64,000 bases of DNA, from assembly GCA_951406725.2 (NCBI GenBank), contig OX597824.1, positions 17,174,001 to 17,238,000 of the forward strand. Direction: 5' to 3'. Source of the DNA: Octopus vulgaris. Lineage: Eukaryota. Positions 55,390 through 64,000 of this stretch are shown piece after piece (positions within the stretch are counted from its first letter, which is position 1; the number at the start of each line of letters is the position of its first letter). A program made the translations under genes and the position numbers. The notes under the pieces were generated by a model. The model was not told the origin of the DNA and did no database searches. It saw nothing but the letters and a program-made list of their open reading frames with translations.

Positions 55390-55918
55390 TCTCTTTTACT
55401 TGTTTCCGTCACTTGACTATGGCCATGCTGGAGCACAGCATTCAGTCGAACACATCGCTAGGACGTAAACTCGCCAACATCTGTTGCCAAGCGATGGTGG
55501 GAGGACATACAAGAACATACACACGCACATACACACACACGCACGCACATACCTACACACACACACACATATATATGACGGACTTTCAATTTCCGTCTAC
55601 CAAATCCTCTCACAAGGCTTTGGTCGACCCGAGGCTATAGTAGAAGACACTTGTCCAAGGTGCCACATAGTGGGACTGAACATGGAACCATGTGGTTGTG
55701 AAGCAAGCTACTTACCACACAGCCAGATTAGCAGAGGAAATTAATGACCAGTGGATAAGTGTTTAGAAGATAGTTTTGGAAGATACCAAATCCACTAACA
55801 AAGCTTTGGTCAACCCGAGGCCACAGTAGAAGACACACAGGTTGCTACGCAGTGGGACTGAACCCGGGACCATGGGGTTGGCAAGCAAACTACTTACTCC
55901 ACAGCCCCAACTGTGCCT
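55390..55918 (-). mobile_element. SINE family A, internally deleted copy plus a second 5' fragment
   Basis: 55390-55723 and 55784-55918 match the reverse-complement consensus. Confidence 0.8.
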
Positions 55919-56037
55919 AAATCTTTTCTTCATTCGGATTCACATGGCTTTGCATACACTAGCTAACGATGGAGAATTACTAGAATACTAGCGAATTCAC
56001 CCTCGAAGCACACTTTCTATTGAAGATTATAGCTATA

Positions 56038-56554
56038 TCTATATATATAAAACTGTAGTTGTGTGAGTGTCTGTCTCCTACGATTTAGATTCCTAACTCC
56101 AACCACATTTTGCGGTGCAGTTTAACCAAATTCGGGTATCCTATAGTCGGGATTAATATTGAGCCCGTCTGGCTATTAGCGCGCGTCTACGATGAGTCTA
56201 CGATTTTAAAAATAATTTAACATCATTTTTTATTCCATTTTAATGCATAATTTTTCGTGTGTCGATGGCGGCGGAGTTGGCGTCCACGCTCAAACACCTG
56301 CACCTGTGTTTGCTTCTCCCCGTTATTCCCTCCCTCGTGAAGCTGTGGGGAAGGGAGTTTAAGGAAATCAACGTCGTAATGCGTTGTCAAGGAGACCAGC
56401 GTTCTTTTAGAACAACAACTTCATGGCTTGAAGACACCAAAACAGAAATGGCTAAGAAAGCCTGAATTGGCATCTATAAGGGAAGTAACTCTCTAAAAAT
56501 GCTTATATAGTTATTTCCCTTACAAACCCGAGCAACGCCGGGCGATACTGCTAG
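56038..56554 (+). mobile_element. Non-autonomous Helitron (same family as 45285, different interior)
   Basis: A|TC start; identical 3' end CCCGAGCAACGCCGGGCGATACTGCTAG|T. Confidence 0.9.
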
Positions 56555-57634
56555 TATATTATAAAAGGTAGGATGCCCAGGTGTGCACCAACTTTGATCT
56601 TGAGAATGGTCCACAAAATTAGAAACAAATACTACAGATACTACTACTTGCTTTGTTACAACGTCTATTGCGCAGTATTTCAAGATATGATTCTTTTTAG
56701 TTAATCAGAGAATTGCATAACCATTTGCATATTCTAGGTGCTATCCTTCTTTGTCACCGACTAATTACAAAATCACCTGCTACGCTTAGAGCAGTTGATA
56801 ATTCCTAGTGTTTGATTTTATTTTGTGTATTTGACTTCTGATATAGACCAGGCCATGTCAATTGTGTTTTTAATATTCTGTTTGCACCGAATACGAAAGA
56901 TTGGTCTTCTTTTTATAGTTTTCTTCCGAAGCGTGTCTCTTCCCGAGAGTCTATAGGCTGCCTATGCATTACTAATGACAGCCAGTGGGGAACCATCTTA
57001 AATACTTGGATGCTCAAAGATTCTGTTGTCCTGTAGCCATATTGTACTACTGGCATTTAACAAAGTCTTTACCATTTAGTAAAGCACCTCTGCGACGCCT
57101 TTGGTAATGTATGTACATACATATGTATAGCGGTCTAATAGAAAAATTACTTCACTTACATGTACATCAATGTGGTGGCTTAAATCTGTAGGATTATGTA
57201 TCTGAGATTATTTTATGAATTCTGTGTGACAATGCATTGGTATTTCTTTGCTATTCAATTTGCTTATACGATGCGCGTGCGAGCAGAATATGCAAGTGCC
57301 GTCTTTAATGTATGAATATTATGTTTGTTATGTACGACTAGTTGAACACATCGATTCTTGTAATACCAGCAGTGATGTTTGTTTCGGATTTTGTCATGTC
57401 AGACGAAATCGAGCATCAGAATATGGATATTTGAAAAGTATTAGTTAAGTCTGATCACAAATGCATTTACTTTATCTACCGTACGCCATTTTTATATTTA
57501 CTTAAGCTTATTCCGCAAAACATTTCAGTTTTAAACTGCTCGTAATTACCAATGCAACATCCAATCTCCAAATTCTTTTCTTTCTTTCCCATTCAAATAC
57601 TACCGCACGCATACAACAACCAGCACATTCACAC

Positions 57635-57673
<39 letters not shown>

Positions 57674-58246
57674 TGTACATGTATTTCTTGAACCTATACC
57701 TATTGTTATATGTATATAAATATGAATGGAAATTGGCATTTTATGATCTTTCCGTGGATGATAGCTTTAAAATGTTGCTTGTCTCTCATAAACTATCATT
57801 TTGTTGTTGAATAGAATTTGACATAAACAGTTTTGTGCAGTAAAATTTATTACCTCTTCACGGTCATACAGGGACCTCTAAATAAATTTATATACATACG
57901 TACACACACGTTCACATAGATACACATTTATAAACTCATATATGTAAGTACGTAGATAAACACATATATATATACGTATCAATACACACACACACACACA
58001 CAAACACACACATATATATATGTATGTATGTATATATTTGTCCATGTATGTATATATATATGTATATATATATATGCATATATATATGTGTGTATACATG
58101 CACAAACACATACACTTACATGCATATATATATTTGTATGTATGTATATATGTTTCGATGCATGTATATATATATATGTATATGTGTATATATATATATG
58201 CATATATATATATATATGTGTGTGCATACATACACAAACACACACG

Positions 58247-58280
<34 letters not shown>

Positions 58281-58592
58281 CATATATGTATTTATATTTA
58301 TATATATATATATATACACACACCTAAATGTGTGTACGTAGAGTCACAAAAGGTAAAAACAGAAAGAAGACAATTGAAAGTAGATGAGTTTCTCTGAATC
58401 TCAATTAACTTCGAAATTACCATAAAGCATACAAACAAAAGCACTTCAATAAGATTTACATTTACGATTCACCTTAAAGCAGGAACGCTATTGATTTTTT
58501 CAGGGCAACAGATATGTTCCCCGCGCACTCTTCACCCCCCCCTCTCTCTCTCTCTCTCACACTGCATATACATAACAGATGTATATATATAT

Positions 58593-58646
<54 letters not shown>

Positions 58647-58772
58647 GCATATATGTGTGCGGTGTGTGCATGTGTGTATGTATATTATATATATTTGTGT
58701 GTGTTTGTCTGTGGAATATATATATACCTACATATATATATATATATATATGTTTCTGTGTGTATATGTGTG

Positions 58773-58826
<54 letters not shown>

Positions 58827-59013
58827 GCATATATATATATATACATACATACATAAATGCATACATATATACATACATACACGCACACACATATCTGTTT
58901 GTGCGCATATGTGTGTGTATGTGTTTCTGTGTAAATATATGTGCGTATTATATATATCTTTCTGTGTGTATGTATGTATAATAATATATATATATATAGC
59001 CAGATACATATAC

Positions 59014-59055
<42 letters not shown>

Positions 59056-59074
59056 GTATATATATATATATATG

Positions 59075-59118
<44 letters not shown>

Positions 59119-59119
59119 C

Positions 59120-59565
59120 TTCTTTTATTCGTTTCAGGTCATTTGACTGCAGTCATGCTGGAGCGCCACTTTTACTCGAACAAATCGAACTCAGGACCTA
59201 TTCTTTGTAAGCGTAGCATTTATTATACCGGTCTCTTGTGCTGAACCGCAAATTCACGCGAACGTAAACACACCAACATCGGTTGTCTAGCCTTGGTGGA
59301 TGGAAAAACACAGACGCACACAAACACACTCACACACACACACATACATATGTATGTTGGGCTTCTTTCAGTTTCCGTCTACCAAATACACTCACAATGC
59401 TTTGATCGGTTAGAGGCTATAGTTGAAGACACCTGCACAAAGTGACACGCAGTGGGACTGAACCAGGGACTATGTGTTTGGAAGCAAGCTTCTTAACATA
59501 CAGACATGCCAGCATCTTTTCACACATCAAACCTGCGCCTATCCACACAGCCACGCCTGCGCCTA
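59120..59565 (-). mobile_element. SINE family A, diverged
   Basis: Reverse-complement consensus ending CACACAGCCACGCCTGCGCCT. Confidence 0.85.
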
Positions 59566-59597
59566 TGTATATATGTATGAGATTAGGAATTTAATTC

Positions 59598-59645
59598 ACG
59601 GACCACCAGTTTTATCTTTGCGGTCCACCAGTTGGGGAATCACTG
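59598..59645 (-). mobile_element. hAT-Charlie-like terminal fragment
   Basis: Minus strand begins CAGTGATTCCCCAACTGGTGGACCGC; the flank ATCCAGAG resembles the Charlie target consensus. A similar end (CAGTGTTTCTCAAAGGGG) lies at 50472-50489. Confidence 0.45.
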
Positions 59646-59719
59646 ATCCAGAGTAAATATTTATAAGGAAACACCATAATGAAAACCACGAGCGCAACAG
59701 TTATTTAAAATCTCTGGAC

Positions 59720-60115
59720 GAGTGGCTGTGTGGTAAGTAGCTTGTTTACCAACCACATGGTTCCGGGTTCAGTCCCACTGCGTGGAATCTTGGGCAAGTA
59801 TCTTCTGCTATAGCCCCGGGCCGACCAATGCCTTGTGAGTGGATTTGGTAGACGGAAACTGAAAGAAGCCTGTTGTATATAGGTATATATATATATACGT
59901 ATGTGTGTATGTGTGTCTGTGTTTGTCCCCCTAGCATTGCTTGACAACCGATGCTGGAGTGTTTATGTCTCCGTTACTTAGAGGTTCGGCAAAAGAGACC
60001 GATAGAATAAGTACTGGGCTTACAAAAGAATAAGTCCCGGTGTCGAGTTGCTCGATTATAGGCGGTGCTCCAGCATGGCCGCAGTCAAATGACTGAAACA
60101 AGTAAAAGAGTAAAA
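59720..60115 (+). mobile_element. SINE family A
   Basis: Near full consensus. Confidence 0.92.
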
Positions 60116-60585
60116 AAAAAAGAATGATGTTCGAAGATGTCAAAATTGACAACTGACAATATGAGAATTAATGATGATCGAAATTGCATACTGATTCGTT
60201 TGTGTAATTATTCAAAACGTGAGGATTACTGAAATAACGGAGCAATAGAACTGTGAGGCGTGTTTTCATAGCAAACCCATTTAGCTCTGAGCATTTGATC
60301 CGCCTGACAGAGATTTGACTATTCGCTGATGCCATCACCAAAATCATAGCGAATTGAAGTGTTATTTAATGACTGGTACTTGCGTTGGGAAGCAACCACG
60401 GGCAATTGCCCTGGGATGAGTAGTGTCTCTGATATATATATATTTATATATATAAATACATGAGTGTATTTTTCCTTTGTTAACAATTAACACAGCCAAA
60501 TAGGTACTAGGGTAGAAAAAAAATCAGACAAGAGGTTGTAACTCCTTTTCTGTTAAAATGCCTTATTGACGAGTTTCATTTCTTC

Positions 60586-60673
60586 ACTTCGCTGAAGAGA
60601 AGATTACATTTTTTTGCATCATTTATTCCCTTGGAATAATATCAGTGAAATCTTCGAAACATGTGTCGGAAGT
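60586..60673 (+). ncRNA. Type I hammerhead motif, canonical core, long helix II
   Basis: ACTTCG CTGAAGA GAAGATT..(TATTCC CTT GGAATA)..AATCTTC GAAA CATGTG TC GGAAGT; GUC at 60665-60667; G/G mismatch at the first helix I pair. Confidence 0.7.
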
Positions 60674-61319
60674 AAAAGTTTTTGAATTATACCTTCGTTA
60701 AACTCTATATATATAAGCGCGTTTTCGGCACTTTCGCGTAGTTGTTCACCGAAAGATGACGATACTGCTGTTTTAACCCCAGAAAGACATATCCAGCCAG
60801 TTTAAAAGTTCGCTTTCGCATTCGATATTGACTGCAAGCGGGAAAGAACTCCTGTCAAGCTAGTACCGAGGATATGAGACCACGTGATTTCGACCTTATC
60901 GGACCTCTTCGGTGGTAGGTACTCGTTTTCAAGGCATAGCTGGCAATGTATAGAAAATACAATATACTTCACTTTGCCTAGACGCACAGGAGAACATGCA
61001 GAAACGTACACATCTGTGTGAGTGAGGGAGTGCACTTGTTGATATGACACAGTCCTTCTTGATATAGGAATCCTCTTAGTACAACCATTCAAGGAAAATA
61101 CAGATTCACAATCACCCTGACTACTCGAAGCAAAAGAACTCTGCCAACTGTATTCTTCCAACCGGCAAGCGCTTGCTTAGAGTAGGATCATTTACCCTAA
61201 TCATTCATGTCACAGTTCCCACCTTTCGATGAATCCACCGGCAGAGAGGGCAATTGGCTCTTCGCATTAACTTCCCTTTCTAAGTGGAATTGAAAGGTCG
61301 ATGAGGAGTGGATTGAAGA

Positions 61320-61720
61320 GGAACGGGAATGTATTTAATTCTCACAGCGTTTTCAACCACATAAACCATAAATAATTGCTCTCTCCGCCACTTGATTTCT
61401 ATGTATTGTGACCGTAGAAATTCCACCGACAGCATTGTATCGTTAGCTGACATCGGTGAGCACCAGGTGATATTTCAGGTTTCAGGGTCCCAGCCGTGGT
61501 CATATTTTGATCCAGGACAGCAGCCACATCATGCGAGGCGCACCTACTACAGGGCACCTCTAGCAGATCGAACGCCTGATCATTATGAAGCAGATCCCTT
61601 CTAGAGGAAGCAAATAAGTTGATGCTCCAGTCTGGCCAAACGCGAACAAATGTAACGCACTTAGCCAGGCGCTAGGTTATTACAGAAGTGAATTAGGCAG
61701 GCACCGGTTTTTAATTTTGA
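61320..61720 (-). pseudogene. Possible decayed CRE-like non-LTR retrotransposon (zinc knuckle/RLE region)
   Basis: Frameshifted PSAWLSAL (61653-61676), CGC..D..DH and ELNTFPF resemble the SGAWLxALP..C.CG...D..H..T.FPF layout. Confidence 0.35.
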
Positions 61721-61894
61721 CAAGAAAGCCAGTAATTTTAGGGAATTCAACACTAGTAGCATTTGAGCTCGGGATACACCGAGCCAGAAGTAGTGACGCT
61801 GAGCACTTTGTCCGGCACAGAGAGAAATCTGCCAGCACGCCAAATGTCATAATAATTCCTTCTACTATAGGCACAAGGTCTGAAATTTTGAATA

Positions 61895-62351
61895 CCAATG
61901 TAGCATAAAGCTATATATTTAATAGTACAGGTATATATGTGAACCGGTTTCTGGTATGATATAGAAATCTTACCTTCCTCAACACATGTTAATCTTTTTA
62001 AATACTATCCGAATCTGCCACGTTGAAATTTGCTAGCGTCCTCAATTGCTTAGCACCAAAACACAGACACCGTCAGTGTGAGAAGTACTAATCCACAGTA
62101 AAATATTCGGAAGTGAATATTTATAAGTTATTAATATTTCTATTATTATCAAAAGCAATATAGATAGTTGATAATAACAGAAACATAAATATGAAAGTGT
62201 TTACCCGCTAGAAATAAGAGTGAAAACCCTTATTTGGATAGTATTTCAAAAGGTTAAGATGCGCTGAGGAACGTAAGATGTCTATATCAAACCTGGAACC
62301 GGTTCACATATATACTTGTACCATTAAATATAGGGCTTTACGCTATATTGG
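61895..62351. mobile_element. MITE with ~120-bp TIRs, flanked by TA
   Basis: 61895-62012 is the diverged reverse complement of 62233-62351; TA on both sides. Confidence 0.85.
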
Positions 62352-62505
62352 TATATGAGAGATATTTTTTCAATCTGCTAGTATAGTTTTGAATCTGTTG
62401 TTTTCAGTGATAATATTCTGGTGGTTTAAATAAGGAATTTGACTCATATTTCTAGCTGGAAGACACTTTAATGTATCCTTATGATTAATATATATATATA
62501 TATAT

Positions 62506-62703
62506 TTGTACCCTCCACCATCGCTTGACAAACGATGTTGGTGTGTTTACGTTCCCCGAAACAAAAACAGTTCGGCAAAAGTGACCGATAGAATGAGTAC
62601 TAGGCTTACAAAGAATAAGTCCTGGGGTCGTTTTGTTCGACTAAAGGTGGTGCTCCAGCATGGCCACAATCAAATGACTGAAGCAAGTAAGACGAGAAAA
62701 GAA
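62506..62703 (+). mobile_element. SINE family A, 3' half
   Basis: CGCTTGACAAACGATG..GGTGGTGCTCCAGCATGGCCACA..GACTGAAGCAAGTAA. Confidence 0.85.
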
Positions 62704-62889
62704 TATATTATCTTTGATATTTTGAATGGATGAGAGTATATTGTACCGACACCATTGCTCCACTGCTTGTTTTTTTTTTATGGACCCTTAAAAGACGAAA
62801 GGAAAACTCACCCCGGCAGGATTTGATCTTAGAACATAAAGATTCTGAGTTCTGCCTCCTAACCACCTGAATACTACTAGTATTTATAT

Positions 62890-63407
62890 TTGTTTCTGTA
62901 TTGCCCAAAAGGTGCTGAACATAGAGAGGACAAATAAAGGGATTAAGTCGATTTCATCAACCCTAATGCGTAACTGGTACTTATTTAATCGGCCCCGAAA
63001 AATGAAAGGTGGAATTTGCACTCTTAACGTAACGGCAGACAAAATACCTATTTCTTTACTACCCACAAGGGGCTAAACACTGAGGGGACAAAGAATGACA
63101 GACAATTACATCGACCCCAGTGCGTAACTGGTACTTAATTTATCGATCCCGAAAGGATGAAAGGCAAAGAGCTCGCCGCCTTGCTTTTATATTCTTTTGT
63201 ACTCTAGGCACAAGGCCCGAAATTTCGGGGGACGAGATCAGTCGATTAAATCGCTCTCAGTAGGCAACTGGTACTTAATTTATCGAACCAGAAATGTTGA
63301 AAGGCAAAGTCGTCCTCGGCGGAATTTGAACTCAGAACATAAAGACAGATGAAATACCGCTGAGCATTTCGCTCGGCGTGCTAACGATTCTGCCAGCTCG
63401 CCGCCTT
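62890..63407 (-). mobile_element. SINE family C cluster: tandem dimer (62890-63182) and alternative-tail monomer (63196-63407)
   Basis: Reverse-complement family C segments; junction AATACCTATTTCTTTACTACCCAC at 63043-63066. Confidence 0.85.
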
Positions 63408-64000
63408 GTATTCGTATTGATAGCGACAATTTATAGTGAAAACCATTGTATATTCATTTACTCGGACGTTTGACATTTCAGAAACAGTACCCAAACACCC
63501 CGAATGCACTTCCAAATTTAGAATGAGAAGATTAATCTACAATGAAGTCGCTGACATACAAAGTGACAGAATGGTCGTAAATAAAATGCTTCAGTTATTT
63601 CAATGTAGACTGGCTTGAACCTAAACATTTATGAAGTCAGTTGGTTTCAAGACATCATGGTTGCCACTGCAGCAGTGTGTTCTAATATCTCAGGATTTGG
63701 TTTTGTACATTTGGTACTGTAGAATGATCTGGTTGTGTGTTTGCACCCAGCATGTTGATTCGTTCGTTGGTTTGACTGGTTGAGCTGAAGAATATGAGGA
63801 AAGAAATGAATAAAAACATATACTGTTGAAGCGAGAAATGCTTGGAAGTATATTTGTCTTAATAATTTTTCTATTATGCCATCTATAAACATCTTAGATA
63901 AATATATAGTGAGTTCGCTTTTAAATACGGATGCAAGAACGCATTCAGACAAGAAGGCAGAAACAAACACTTTAATAGAGATATAGACACGTACAACCAG

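Noticed and set aside
56700-57400. Possible minus-strand RT remnant (GSPLA)
   Set aside because: Single short motif amid stops; needs an HMM search.
60802-61161. 119-aa non-repetitive ORF
   Set aside because: Non-ATG start, no recognisable domain, and it lies among decayed retroelement sequence.

Overview
AT-rich, repeat-saturated eukaryotic non-coding DNA. The SINE families and the extreme (TA)n/(CA)n/(GAT)n/(AAT)n density look like a cephalopod (Octopus-type) genome; this is an inference. No intact host protein-coding gene, rRNA, genuine tRNA or CRISPR array is supportable, and nearly all long ORFs in the track are microsatellite translations. The window holds three tRNA-headed SINE families (about 30 copies or fragments), decayed DNA transposons (a near full-length Tigger/pogo, a DD37D/maT-type Tc1-mariner, MITEs, a 6-bp-TSD element), two or three non-autonomous Helitrons, remnants of Penelope-like, CRE-like and CR1/L2-like retroelements, and several long palindromes. 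The most interesting signal is about 11 type I hammerhead ribozyme (HHR) motifs, many in short, often (TA)n-adjacent inserts that look like Penelope-like element ends. Across unrelated families the core shows the canonical C3-G8 pair and the compensatory G3-C8 and U3-A8 swaps, mostly with minimal, palindromic helix III. All calls were made by eye; coordinates of decayed elements are approximate.
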